DNA from: Botryllus schlosseri | Lineage: Eukaryota | DNA length: 64,000 nucleotides | Reading direction: 5' to 3' | NCBI GenBank assembly: GCA_051294905.1 | Contig: CM119373.1 | Location: forward strand, 30,318,001-30,382,000 | In this document: positions 44,101 to 57,961 of the stretch, piece by piece | How positions within the stretch are numbered: position 1 is the stretch's first letter | Layout of the letters: each line of letters starts with the position of its first letter | Translations under genes and position numbers: made by a program | The notes under the pieces: generated by a model | Told to the model about the DNA's origin: nothing | The model's database searches: none | The model's input: the letters and a program-made list of their open reading frames with translations, nothing else

Positions 44101-47100
44101 GCGCAAGTGGCCCGCGGGCTGTCCCCGAACTTTTACCTTAAGCCGCTTACATCTGTGAGCACAGGGGCTCAGATTCATACCGAAAGGGCCAACACGATTT
44201 AGGGCAATCGACATGGCAACCAAAGGAGGTACAGGCCGAGATTTTACAATCGGGAGCATATTTGGTGTGGTGCACCGACAACACGATTTAATGCGCACTA
44301 CTTCAAGCGCGTAGACAGCCGATCAAGGCTCCACCCTTTTATGACCGCAACTGCGTTAGCATTGCTACATTCGACATGAAATAATTCTAGAGTACTCAAC
44401 CCGTGCCTTGATCTTGGGCGTATAACCCAGGTGTCAGCCGCAGTCCCGTGCGTAGCTACGTTTCTTTCTTAAGCTTCAACTCTGCTGCGTCGTGTTCGAG
44501 CCCAAAAATCGGACTGAATTAGGCTGCGTTGTGCGGCCGATTATATGGGTTTCTGACTCAAAAGACAAACCAAAGCTTCCTCTCTTCAGTAGCCGGAAAC
44601 TAACCTCGGGCCTAGCCCGCGGCGAGTCATTCTTTCTATACCTTTTATGAGTGATTATTCGTGTTCCGGCTAGTGGCATTTGACCAATTGTTCTTTCGCC
44701 ACCAAGCTATCCAACATCCTGACGACGTGCCCGATTTGGTCTGTTCTCGGCTTTACTAATGTCCACGAGCTATGACTCGTGCGCAATTTGATGGCCCGCA
44801 GTTTCGGTCCTCCTTCTTTCAATTGAAAATCCAGTCGCCATTTTGATTTAGCGACAACACAATAATTTGCAGTGCCCCGCTTGCGGCAATCACCCTTTCC
44901 CCGCTCAGGGAAACACTTTACTCTTTCTATTGTCAATCAGGCGACCCAGGTTATTCAGCCTCCCTGCGCAACACGCCCATAATCACGGAAATATTTCAAT
45001 TCAGATTTCTGAGCGAAACTTAGTCAAAACTCCGAGATCTCAGTACCCTTTCGGTGTCAGGGGCGTACCCTTTACGAATCAAGCCCCGTCGACCCATAAT
45101 GAGCTGAAGCGTCGACTTTGAGAATCACATTTAGCCCCCTTTTTTATCAAAAGGGACCCCTATCGCTTACCTATTTCTTTAAGCCGCCAGCGGGCGCTGT
45201 TGCTTCATTATTCGCGCACAAATTGCCATCGAGTTTTTCATAAATTGGATTATGGTACACAAGTTGAATTACACATGTCTTAGTAATTATTCTTTTTGCG
45301 TTACATTTTGGCATGACAAGTTCATGGATCTTTTATCCTACAACTGGGCCTTTCTTGGCGCTATTCTCAGGATATAACTTGCCCAAGCACTGTTCGTAAA
45401 TCATGTCATTCGAGGTTATTCGCGTTCTCCGCTAACGGCGCACAAGGTTCGCGTCAGAGGCAATGTCGCAATGCTAAGATCAGATTACTTGCATTTGGCC
45501 CAGGTTTACGGAACATCCTAGTTTTCATGATGAAGAGTATCGCCTTGCAGTTGACATTTTTTGGTTACTGGAGCAAGGGGTACATTACTTTTGATTTGCC
45601 TCGAAGGAATGAACTAACACAATATAGTCCATTATAAAATCATTTCGGCCGTACGGGATTATATCCCGGTTACCTTAGGACGACCGTCCTCGAAGTTTCC
45701 AGTCAGGAAGCCGCAGCGGGTTCATGCGAGTTTCATTATTAGGTAACCATATGGCGCAACTCGTTACTGTCGCGACCTTATTTCCCCAGAATTGCAAAAC
45801 CCGATAATTTGAAATCCGACACGTGATGCCGCCTCTCCCGCAAAAGTCCGCTCAGCTAATCTACTTGAATTCAAACTACTTGAACAAACGCAGGATTCTC
45901 GCAACAGCCAACCCCACACCGCATCAACATTTCACAGCATAACCCAAGGCCGTGCACGGCATGGTGTTAATTATAGATCAAGCGTTGGACCGCCTATTTT
46001 TCGAGCGCCGCGCAAGCTTCGGATCATCCAACTTAGCGACTACGCTTTCGCTCAGGTGCACGCGAAGTATAGAGGGTACTGCACGAATAGTTTGGCGATT
46101 ATTGTCTTTTCTTTGTACGGGCGAAATCAGACTACACATATTATTGCGCGTTGTGTCGAATACATGCGACATCATATGCCGATGATTGTTAACACTCGGC
46201 GTTGATCACCCGAATTTTAGTGCGAGCTTAGAATCCCGGACCAATGCTGATATTCCCGAGATGAATTTATCATTGATATTCAACGTCTAGTTAGCTCCAT
46301 ATTTTATTTCACCGAATAGTTGCAAAGCTTCGGGGTTTAAAAAGGGTCAAAAATACAACTACAGGTCACATTACTTTGGTATAGATACCGTATCACGTCA
46401 GATACATCTTCGCTTGTATTTTTATATCGGCCGCACGAGATACGTAACTAGGTGTTTGCTTCAGATGGATTGTTCTCGAATTTCATGATCAGAAAATGGT
46501 AAGTTCACGCGGGTTCTCACTATGCGGCCATCCATATGGTAATCTCGCGGCTGCATCACCAACCAGCAAGCCAGCTAAGCCGACGCACATCAGAACTCAA
46601 AGGCCTATTTCGCACACAATTAATCCTTGATAATTCGCAGTACGCGGCTTTGATCATACTAATTTGTACGTCAGCACTTCTGAAGACCAGCTGATATTCA
46701 TGCAATGGAGTCCACTTCCAAAACGACTGAGAACTTGAAGTTCGCGCACCCAGTCCAAGCGTATTAACCAAACCACGACTCGCACTTCATTGATAAAGAC
46801 GCCGGCTTTTCCCATTTTTATTAAAATAACGCGGTTCTAGTGGCCATTACTACCCCGCAGGTGGTTAGCAATTTGGGGTCGGTGAGATTGACCGTTGCTT
46901 GCCTAGCGATCCAATTTTATGATGTAAGCTAGCCCGGACCCGGTGCGGTACCAGTCAATAATCTGCCCCAGGGCCGTACATGTATTACATGAGCCCGTTC
47001 CCTGTAGAAAGGTATATACCGCCCATTCTGTCGTGTACAATACAAGCTTCAGAACATCCAATCTGATGATTACGCCATCGCTCATGTGCGTTCGTAGCAC

Positions 47101-50100
47101 ATAGAAAGTACCGCATGGATAATTGGGCGATTATGGTGCCTTCCTTGTACGGTCGAAATCAGACTACCTATTTTCCTGCGTGTTGTGTCAAATTCCAGCG
47201 ACATCATATGCCAACGATTGCCAGCATACTGCACTGATCACCGGCGTAAATAACACTCCAAATTGGGTTCAATTTTAGGATCACGTACCATTGTTGGTTT
47301 TCTTGCCATGAATTTATTAGAATACTTTCTGCAGCAATTCAAAAGGTCATGAATTCCTTGCATTTGCAACGTATCTCCAAGGCTACGCGTAGCTCTCATA
47401 GGTCGTGGCTATTTGATACACTCGCATTATAATTATCGTGTAACTCAACGCCTGACCTGTCATCGGCCTAGCAGTGAATATTGGCCGGCTGGGAATTCAA
47501 CGTCGAGTTAACTTTATGTTTTCTTTCGGCAAATAGTAACAAATTCGCGGAGTTTAAAAGGGTCCAAAAATTCAAGTACAGGTCACATTTCTTCAGTAAA
47601 TTAACAGTCGGCTGCACGCCTCATATTAACTTTGCTGCAACGAAAGTTTTTCGCATCTCATTCTAATCACCATATGGCATCGATTATGAAATTTGACTCC
47701 TTATAATTTCCTGAATTTGCATCGCACGCCAACAAGCTCTAACGGATATTCATTCTATCGGGCCAGGTTTAAAAATGTTGCCGCAGTTCGCTGATTGTAT
47801 CCGCGGCGTCGAGTTCATATTTCGACTCATTCAAAATGGCCGACGAATTATTCTTCGGTCAATTTATGGTTGTTTCTAGCAATTATCCTTGTTACGCGTA
47901 CACTACATTAATACCCTCAAGTTCGGATTACTCTACACTACATTTACACCATTTTCTTAACACTTATACGTCAAATCTTATTGGTATTAAATGCACTTGT
48001 TCCCCATGAGATCAAATATACTTTCATAAAATTTATGCTTCGTCATATTCATGCATTTTACTCTTCTTTGTCTCATATTCTCTCAAATTACATTCAGTGT
48101 TCATCGTGTAACCTAGGGTATTAGTTGCAGCTGAACCAAATTTTCTGTGCGCAGAGACCGTGTCAGCACTGCGCACGTGAGCAGCTTAGACGGAACATTG
48201 CACCTCACTCAGCTCTACCGGTAAATCTGGTAACGTGAGCAGAGAGGACAAAAAATTGATAGTAATATATATGCGATTCCCGATTTAACTGACCGATTTT
48301 ATCATGGATTATCGAAAGTTTTCGCGCTTCGCGCGTCTAGGCGAGAATAGCTGGCTCAGTAAATGGATACCCAATGTAGATGACTAGTATCAGCAAATAG
48401 CGGATAGGCGAAGGGGGTCTGGGGGCGAAGCCCACCGGAAGTTTGGTTTATCACCCGATGGGGGGCTAAGACCAACATTTTTTGGGGGGCTGACGAAGTG
48501 CTGTTACGGCCCTGGTAACGAATTAATTGTACCTACGGGCACGCCCGAATATGTTTAAATATTAATTACGTGCCCTTTGTCTTCCCATACAACAGCTCAC
48601 TCAGCGCTACTGGTAAATCTGATTACGTGGGCTGAGAGGATAAAAAGTTTATAGCGAATTATGTATGTAATTACCACCTATTCATTCATGCATTATAGAA
48701 AATTTTGGTACCTAGGACGACCAGGCCACGCAAACTTTGCTGACCATCGAAATCACGCTACGGGGTTCTTGGGGGCGAAGCCCTCAGAAGCTTGGTTTAT
48801 CACGCTATGGGTGCGCAAGGCAATCGTTTTTAGGAGGGTTGACGAAGTGCTGTTACGGCCCTCCCTCTTACTAATTGTCTTTATTACATTCCTTACAATA
48901 TGCGGTTGTGGGGCGCTGGAGCATGATAATTTTTGAAAGGGGGCGCTGGAGGAAAAAAGGTTAAGAGCCACTGATGTACACGATACCTATAGCGAAGACT
49001 CGGTCCACATAATGCCACAATGCTGAAGTACATATCGACGTTTTAAACGTCGCTAAATGTATCAACAGCGGTAATCAAAGGATATAATAATTGCGTAAAA
49101 TCAATACATTCCGTCGCTTTGCCAACAATTTCGACGAGGACTTACCACGGAATATAAGCTTACGCCTTAACGGTCTTAGCCAGACCGGACGATGTGTTCG
49201 GAGTCTGAGTATTGCTACATTAATATTGAGCAGAGTGTACAACGGGTTTCTATACTCACTACCGATACCACAAACAACAACAAGTTATGCAGCAGTGGCA
49301 AGCACCTTAATCGCACGGATTTGGTTTTAATGATACTGTAAAGATATGAAGTCAAGATTGACCCCGTACGGCCGTTCGATTTTTTACATCAGAAGACTAT
49401 ATCAATGTCATTGATTGGTTGAATAAGCATCATTCGCTGACTACGTATATCGCTCGTGATGTTGTGTGATTGCGGGTCAAGCTCACAGCAAAGAGTCACT
49501 AAATATTCACAAACGGAAGGCTGATTATTCCGAGAAAATTTTTGCAACAAAGCAACTAAAACTTTTAAGGTTGTCGAAGTGCATGGTGCATGCTCGTTAA
49601 GCGTTGATTTTTTATGCCAAAGCCAAAGATCTTATAATGGAGTGAAAATTACAATTTACCTAAAGGTTCACAGTGCAGAACCTACCAAGGTTCTGTTGTG
49701 AACGCGAACCTCTAAATTTCCGAGGTTCACACACAGAACGCGAACGTGAACCTCACGTTCACACCATCCCTAGTTGGCAGTATAGCATACTTTTCACAGG
49801 ATACCGGTAGTCAACTGCCCTGCGTGATTTGAAACAATACCGTACCATGCTGAGCAGGCCTGACAGAATTTAGCTCTATACATTGGATTATCATTTTGAG
49901 ACTTAATACATTTCTACTCAACTCTCACAAATATGGTTAGAACGATCAATAAATGTGAAAGCGAACAGCTACTTCTATCCATCGCATACAGTGTAAGAGC
50001 AATAAATGGGATGGGAAACCCTACACAAGAGTGCCCATTAAACATGACAGCCCGCGAACCCATGCTCCTAAACCACTGCGTGCGAAGTTATGCTTATCAC

Positions 50101-51112
50101 ACTTAACTGTAAGTCAGCAGCAAGTTTTCCAAACCACACCGAGAAAGACCAATACCCCGCCAAAAAAACGACATGTGCGAAGCACAGCAGCAGTGGAGTG
50201 GAGATGAGATGAATGTCTTGAATGTCACGATGGTTTCACACGTGAGTCTTTATTTCGTCATAATCGATATCAGGATGCTCAGTCAGGTGTGATGTATATT
50301 ACGCAGCGCGCGCACTGTCGTGTTTTGTGATGACTGGACGACCTCGACGTAACGAAAATGACCTTACCGTAGCATAATACTTCTACTTGACAAACTGTAA
50401 ATAGCGAAAAGTAAGTAAGTAAGTCACTGCATTTTGTGAAGTAGAAGTAGAAGTAGCGAAAGTCAGATCTACTTGAGTAAGTAGTACAAGTAGAGCAAAA
50501 CTACTTGAGTACTTCGAAAAAGTAGAAGTACTTCGTTACTGACCACCTCTGGCGACAGCAAGTTGAATTTGGGGATTTTGAGAAGGGGGCAGTACGATCC
50601 CCTAACCCTGGATACCCCATTGTCTTGACCTCTCGAAGACATGCTTATGCTGTCAAGAGAATAAGTATTCTGGCCGTAATGAAAATTTACTAACCAGTTG
50701 CTGCAATATTGATAAATTAAGTGCAAAACTAAAAAAATATCAAATAGCCATATCTTAAACCCAAAATAGCCATATATGACTCACGTGCCACAGGTTCCCA
50801 ACCAATGCTATAGATAGATCAAGCATCTACCTATGCCACAGATATAAAATATATTAATCAAGTCCAAGAAAGGAATGCAATTGCACAACTTTCTCAGCTC
50901 TCTGAGAACATACTGAAATTGAATCAAATAATAGGGAGCAAATATAAATAAAGATGACAATGTAGTTTGTGAAATAAATTTCTCTACGGCAGTCCGCACC
51001 ACATCGGCCAAACAAAAAATAGAGACGCTACCGAATCAGTGAATCAAATGAAAATAAGATTGGTCAAAGTTTTAATAATAACGTCGCCTGTCTTTAGTCA
51101 ACAGCAGCCTAC

Positions 51113-51296
51113 CTTTGGTGGAACAGTTGATAGGACTTGGCACGTGCAGTATGTATTTTCTGGCAATTGGATCAGCGACAGTAATAGTGTAATTTGTGAT
51201 TGGATCCAGTCCGGTAAACTCCAATGTACCATTACGAATTTTCTTCGGAATGCTACCGACCACTGTTCCAGAAAGGGTGATAGAAGCTTGATATGT
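51113..51296 (-). CDS. Host-type exon encoding part of a fibronectin type III-like domain
   Basis: tttgcattcag acceptor and AAG|gtaggc donor. Translation includes TLEFTGLDPITNYTITV (FN3 L.P.T.Y.I.V pattern). Confidence 0.6.
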
Positions 51297-52436
51297 CTGA
51301 ATGCAAAATAATACGGTAATGGGTCGTTGGTGACGACAACTTCGGTGGTAAATTAAAGAAAGGCATTACTAATAATCAGTAGGGCAAGTTTTTGTTGCAC
51401 TAAAATCCTGAGAAAGTTGCACTTAATTTTAACAAAAGTGGCAGTATAAAGTTGCATTTGTAATTCCTATGAAAGAATAGTCGATAGGTCCCGTTGTATA
51501 TCCCAAAAATTTAAGATTTGCAGGATATCTGCTTGTTTCGTTTCTTTCTTCGCTATTCAATTGATCATGTATACACTTTTATGCTCTTTAGGTTTCAAAC
51601 CTAACTGACAACATTTCTCTGTCAGCAACTGCGGATCTGTCAAATTCGGTATTTCCCAATTTCAAGGACGGCCTGGCGAGACCGCCCAAAATTACATTTA
51701 TCGGCACGCAGCAAGAAAATAACGCAATGCGGATATAATTTAGTTGGTCCATGAAAACAGTTGAACACCAAAACCAAAACATCCTAGGTCTGGAAACTTG
51801 GCCGAAGAAATTACAGCAAAACCTAGTGCTTGCTACTAGTGCTTGCTACACTGATTTCGACCATTGGCCTCACCGCCAGACCAGTAGGCGCGCCCCAAGC
51901 AACTGCTACGTTTGTGCGGAAACGCCTTTGTTCCATCGTTTGATATCCCAAAATTACCAGCGAGGTGAAAGGCAAGAGTCAAAGCTGAACGGTATATGCA
52001 AGACCCGAATGTTAGAAGACATTGCGTATTTGAGTAAATCCAGACATATTCTGGCAAAGGTGTAGGAATACAGGCTCTTTCTGTATGATCTCTCCATTCT
52101 CCAGGGTTGCAATGACTCGTGTCCGACTCGAGTCGCAATTTGATTTTTACTTACACAAAAGATTAATAATGAGAATAAACATTCACTGTAACAGCAGTTA
52201 ATCATTGTATAATGACTTGCCGAAAGTAAGGAAGATACAGTGCTGAAGTTGCCGTCTCCATTTACACAAATGAAGATGTCCAGGGAAATGGTGGAATCCG
52301 TCGCAATGGAGCACTTGCCATCCGCGCCGACACAAACTGCCAGAAACACAATTTTTGTACGTATAATGCTCATATTAGGAAATTATCTAATGCATAGATT
52401 TACGAGTTGTAATACTCTACGTGTCATAGCATAGAG

Positions 52437-53409
52437 CAGACATGGGCAAAGTGTGGCCCGCGGAGCCATTCTTAGCGGCCCGCGAAAAGTCGCCTGGAAT
52501 CGAAAACATAAAACCTACTTTTGAATGTTCCTTCCGTGGACTAAAATCATAGGCTGTGTAAACTGAACAGGAAATTCGTTTACTTTAAAGCCTATTCATT
52601 AATTCAATATAGCTAATTATGCCGTAAAAATTAAAGAAATCACTCTTTTCAAATAGTTTAATTCATTCAAACTTTCTTTGTTGCCATTGCCACATTACGC
52701 ATCACACGGTCTGTGCTTCAAATTGTTTCGTGAAACGTTTCCAAATCCCTAATTTGTAAAACAAGTCAATCAGTGCCCGCGATTGCTACGAGTCATCATC
52801 ACCCATAGAAGATGAACGGGCATGTCAAAAAAGAAAGCCGAAAGCTGAAATTCAAAGAAGGTTTGAAGCATTAAATGTTTGTTTACTGTAGTAAGGGGTA
52901 AACCCGTCCTTCACATAGTTAGTGGAGAGCCGGCTGAGCAGGTCGCCGTGTTTAAGGAGTAAAATTTAAGTCCGTCTGATGACAACATACACTCGGTCAA
53001 GGGAAGGCGAATTTTAGAAGAACTGCAAGCTTCGCTCAACAACAAAGGCTGTTTCACCAAGCTGCACAGTCCACCGAAGGTAGCGACGAGCTTGTAGTAT
53101 CCCAAATACATTTAAGTGTCTTGATAGGAAAACGCTGATAGGGGTTTAAAGAGAATTCAAAATGTTCAAAATTGTTTCGAAATATGACGGCAAATAAATA
53201 TTATTTTTTGGTAAATAGCCGTCACTTTCTCATTCCCTGATATCAACATATCCAGTGAGCAGCATATATATTAACAGTGCATTTCACTTATTTCAATATA
53301 GAAATAGAATTATTACGTTGGAGAATACATCTAAAATTTTAGACTCGGCCTGCCAACGTATTTTCTGCTTCTCATTTGGCTCGCGGAGAAAAACAATTGT
53401 CCACCCTTG
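52437..53409. mobile_element. hAT MITE
   Basis: Start cagacatgggcaaagtgtggcccgcgg and degenerate right TIR. Exact TSD gcatagag. Confidence 0.7.
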
Positions 53410-53654
53410 GCATAGAGCATAACCACAAATGCATTGAAAAAGGCAACTTTCGATGTTGGAATACACGCGCTAAGCATTATTATTTAGTGACAATGCAATT
53501 CACTCGAACTCAGAGATTTTCCAGGCAAGTAACTGCTGATTATTGGTGCGAACGTAATTGTCGGGGATGCGTATTCCACTAATTACCAATTGTCTGAAAT
53601 TCGATACTTTTGCACTCGATCGCCAGTGGGCTACTCCTACCGGTCCGTGCGGGT

Positions 53655-53729
53655 GGCGAGATAGCGTATAGTGGTATAATCCACAGCTGCAACAGTAATG
53701 GGTCCTGGGTTCGATTTCAACCGGGGTGG
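53655..53729 (+). repeat. tRNA-derived (SINE-head-like) sequence
   Basis: A-box-like tagcgtatagtggt and B-box ggttcgatttc. No clean cloverleaf or acceptor stem, so not called as a tRNA. Confidence 0.45.
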
Positions 53730-56515
53730 ACTCCAGAATTCCTACTTAAGTGTTGGAGGTGTGTCTAGTAATGCTGAGTATGGACCGGAGCTGGATTGAA
53801 TATCCGGACGGATTTTTTCTTATTTTGGCCGGAGCCAGATCGAAGCCGGGTCAGTATTTTATTGATAAGCATGGCTTTTGTAACTAAATACCTACCAACC
53901 ACACGCAAATAAAAGCCAAGCCAGTGCGAAAAAATGAGCTATATTTATAACTTCACGAAACCACCGTACCGTATAGGACGGAGCATGGACCGGGCTAGAT
54001 TTGATATCTGGCCGGACTTTTTCATTTTTGGTCGGAGTCAGATCGGAGTCGGACCAGAGCATTTGTCGATCCGCTCCGCACCAGTATCTAGGCTCCTCCT
54101 CGCCATTGCCATCTCATCCGTATAAGCGGTGTCTTATGAAAGCGAATAAGTGGATTCTGCTACAAGCGGGGCATGGTATGGTATGATATGATATGGAACG
54201 GAATTTCGGAATGGAATATGGAAAAGTGCAAGTATGGTAAGGAATGGGATTTTCCAAGTATGGTATGGATTTTTTTTCCGTGATGCATTCCATACTTTGG
54301 CAATTTTGCCAGAACCGACAACGATCTAACTTTCGGTTAGTAAAATCGATTGCATACGTCAGTATATCGTTCACTGACAGGTCCATGTTAACATTTCCAT
54401 GTCGACATCTATATGAGGACAAAAATGTTGTGCAACTCTCATAAGAAGCAAAATAATATTAACGATAACACTGATCAACACACATTTTGGTGCCAAGAAA
54501 GTTTCAACGGTTTTAGAGTATTTTTAGGTCGCTGAATCCAAAAATGACATCAGTTTATCTTAATTGGCTCGATTTTGTTTTTAAATATTCCATATTTTTG
54601 GTTCGAAAAGTGCTAAAAATATTGTGACATATATAAAATGCTGTTTGTGTACTATGGATCTTCGTATACTACGGTTTAAGGGCATTATTATGTCGCTAAA
54701 ACCGAAAATGACATTCGTCTTTTCGATTAGATCCTAATGTTTGAGATATTTCACATTTTTGTTTGAAAAAGTGCTCAAAATACGCAAATTTTGGCATAGG
54801 TAAGTTTCATTTCATATTCTACAACTACGATGAGTTCACATATGTGTCTTCAAGTGTGTGCATACAGTACTGTTTCTATGTCTGAAGCGTTATCGTTGAA
54901 GACGCAACGTTAACACAGATTGCCTTCTGTACGCGAGTCCTGTTTCATGTGAAAATCAAGCAAAAATTATAAAATGACTTGATATTAGCGGTAAACAACA
55001 TATTTTTGTAAATCAAAAACAGGTGCCGTCAAACCCCAAACACTACGACCAATAACGCTGAAAGTTCAGTTAGTAAGCTGTCAAAGCACGTTAATCAATC
55101 ATCTACCTCCATTTTCAGTAAAAGTCATTCGATGTCTTTACAATAAAAAAGTTCATCTTGTTGGCTAAAATGCTGAAGTAATTCCTTTTCTCTTGTACGG
55201 TAAAATGTTATTAAAGCTCCAGTTCAATGGCAGTTTTTGTCTTCAAGTCGGGTACTTTCTCAGAGTGAGGCACATATCGCCGTGAAGATTCTAAATCTGC
55301 GTAATTCCAAGTATTCTACACCCGACGATTAAATAAAATAACTAAATAACTAAAAAATATCGATATCTCAAAAAGTAGAGCTAATTCAGAAAAACGGATG
55401 TCAGTTTCGAACTCAGCAGCCCAAACATACCTAGAAACCACTAAAATATATTTGGCACTAAAAAAAAAAGTTTTTTTGTTTGCCAGTGTAATTATTCCAA
55501 TCTGAATATACTAATATTGAATGATATTCGACCTCTGTAGCCGCGTTACAGCTTACATTTCGCTTATCGTTTCAACGATTATTTCGCTTACAGAAACTTC
55601 CACTCCGTAAACTACCAAGAGAAGTTTTCGAATCGTAGACTCTGTGAATGTAGCAGTTGCATGAATATTTATATCAGTTGTTGAACTTGGAAGTCATTAC
55701 ATGCGATTTTCTCGGATTATTATCACACAACATCTATTTAACATGAGCATCGTCTGGTTTACTCCAGCAGCTTTTGTCTAAGCTGCTGAACTCTTCGTAA
55801 CTACACACAGAGCACGTACAGGAACACTGCACTCGAAGATTATATCCTAATCATCAAGGTGACTATTTGTTGACCAAAGGAAGGCACAAAAATTGAAAAT
55901 TATGACATTTTGAGACATTAATAAACTGAATTTTCGAGTATTTAAAGTAGGTATTGTTGCACATAATGTTAGAATTGTAGTATTCCTACTTTTCTACGTC
56001 TTTGGTGGGAACTATCTGTCCTTACGAAGTAACTTGGCAAGCATAGAAAAAATACGTTAATCAGCTTAAAGCAATTTTTTGCTGGCCGCATTGAGGTTCA
56101 TAGTATAGTGCTGCAGTGATAGTAACACATCTGTGGCGTCTCGCGAACCCACACATAAGTTTTGAACCACAGCGTTACGTCGTCAAGAGATATCAGCGTG
56201 GGCTTGTAAACAAACTTCGGACCTACTAAAATATGTCACTGTTTTAGGGGTGTTTTGTTCATCGCGATATGTCAACTAATTTGTTTCATTCGATGGTTTA
56301 TGATCTACAATTAAGACTATGGGCCATCTACAACAGTAGGCCTATAAAGTAGAACAGGGGCGGGCAACTTCTCCAGTTGGCGGGACGGAAATGGAGAATT
56401 GAAGTACTGACGGGCCGGATTCCTGAATCGATATATTAAACGCGTATTTATCCACCTATACAAGGGTTAATCGTATTTAATGTAAATTTTAATTCTGAAG
56501 CATAGATATTAGGGA
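53730..56515 (+). repeat. 2.8-kb near-identical direct duplication, copy 1
   Basis: Matches 61215-64000 at a constant offset of 7485. Only a few substitutions were noticed. Confidence 0.95.
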
Positions 56516-56723
56516 TGGTGTGAACCTCTGAAAGGTTCAGGTTCGTGTGAACGCGAACCTTTTTGAAAGGTTCTGTGTGAACACGAACGTGAACCTCGTG
56601 ACGTCAAGTGACGTCATATTGCTAATTCCAACCCTATCCTTCAATGAAATGATAGCCTTGTACACGATACCTATAGTGACGACTCGGGCAACATAGCGTC
56701 ACAATGCTGAAGTATATATTGAC

Positions 56724-57961
56724 TAGAGCCCGACCGATTATCGGCTCGCCGATAATATCGAGTCGATATCACGCTTGGAGAGAAATATCGGTATCGGCCA
56801 TTGAAGGTAAAAAAATATCGGCCATTTTCGTGACGTCACAACATGGTGGCAGGGAGTCAGAGAAGTCGATAGAAGACGTGAGAACGGTAAATTATAAAAA
56901 TAAATGGCCAAGCTGCATATAGTGCATACTGCATACAGGGCAGTAGGCGTGCCTATCTGAAAAATATTATAGATAACTAACCACCGTTATGCCCCACTGA
57001 CTTCGGGGGAATCCCCCTGCAGTAATCGATCACCAACGACAGAGAGCAGCTGGATGGATAGTTGTCTGCAGAAGATTTCAATCAGTAAGAGAAATGAGAA
57101 CTTCAATCATGCTGGACTGACCCTCGTAATGACAGAGAAAAGCGTCGCGTCGAAACATATCTCGGTTCGGTACCAACAGAGCTAATTATTCCAGTAATGT
57201 ATGAAGTCGTCTGACTGAGGCCTGCGGGGCCACCATGATAGGAAATATGCAAGCATGAGGGCAAGAAAATCAAGCAAACGTGGAGTAAAGCCAATAATTG
57301 ATACCAATATTTTTGATGCCATGATGACATTGGCCAATTCTGACACAAGAGCGTAAAATGTTGATTGTTGAAATGCTGGTCATGGTCAAGGCCCAGGGGG
57401 CCGGATGGAGCAGTTGCAGACTTGGACAATTTGAGTTGTTTTGCACATTCTCTTCAGCTATTTGTTAATGATTTGCTGAAGGCTCCAGGTGCATTGCCAG
57501 AAGAATATCAATATTAATATCAATATATGGTGAAACCATTGAAGGAAAGATCCCCTGCTTGGGGCGGTGGAACCGTAAGGAAGAAAGATATCCAATTCTT
57601 GCTGTGCCACTAACTATGGTACCAAGTGAAAGACTGCTCAATGTGTTTAGTACTATATACATCATCTATGGAAGACCACAGAAGTTCACTCCGAGAAATT
57701 GTGCTTCGTGAACTGTAATCTGCAATTGCTGGATTGGTGCTTTTGATATATTTTTATAGTTCCTGGATCATTTATTTCATGTTCAAGCATATCAATGGCT
57801 GTAAAGTTGTTGAAAGAAATACTCTGATGTGTTAAATATGGACCTTGAGGTAGATTCCATATCTTTTGAATATCGGCTGAATATATCGGTGTTATCGGTG
57901 GAGGTACTGGATATCGGTCTTATCGGTATCGGCTCAGAAATCCAATATCGGTCGGGCTCTA
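56724..57961 (+). mobile_element. hAT element with transposase remnant, inserted in a second copy of the tagggatggtgtgaac MITE
   Basis: TIR tagagcccgaccgat / atcggtcgggctcta. Exact TSD atattgac. CFAHSLQLFVND (hAT CxxH motif) at about 57430-57470. Confidence 0.85.

Larger units (their letters stand above)
9624..48200. mobile_element. hAT-type element (fourth shell) enclosing the retroelement and the orphan-ORF region
   Basis: Imperfect TIR cattgttcgctc / gacggaacattg with tgcgca motifs near both ends. TSD cacctca(c) at 9617-9623 and 48201-48208. The reverse-complement copy near 59130-59160 shows an empty site (gacacctctcactcagctctaccgg). Confidence 0.7.
9038..48973. mobile_element. Charlie/Buster-like non-autonomous hAT (third shell)
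   Basis: TIR cagtggttcttaacc / ggttaagagccactg. GGGGGCG-type subterminal repeats. Exact TSD atgtacac (9030-9037 and 48974-48981). Confidence 0.9.
8885..49772. mobile_element. hAT-type MITE (second shell), split by a 40-kb insertion
   Basis: TIR tagggatggtgtgaac / gttcacaccatcccta. Exact TSD gttggcag (8877-8884 and 49773-49780). A copy from 56510 shows the uninterrupted junction gatagccttgtacacgatacctatag. Confidence 0.9.
3992..50551 (-). mobile_element. Tol2/Ac-like hAT element expanded to ~46.5 kb by nested insertions (outermost shell)
   Basis: TIRs cagaggtggtca / tgaccacctctg. Exact 8-bp TSD gcgacagc (3984-3991 and 50552-50559). AAGTA-rich subterminal repeats at both ends. Contains a BED-hAT transposase pseudogene. 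Confidence 0.9.

Noticed and set aside
24040-47932. Shared 12-mer gttcggattact at 24040 and 47921 as evidence of a distant LTR
   Set aside because: Isolated 12-mer matches are expected by chance in 64 kb, and the flanks do not align.
53655-53729. Functional tRNA gene
   Set aside because: A and B boxes are present, but there is no convincing acceptor or anticodon stem. Treated as SINE-like.
53934-54444. ORFs duplicated at 61419-61929
   Set aside because: They lie in repeat or low-complexity TE sequence (ccgga and atggt repeats), and are identical only because of the duplication.
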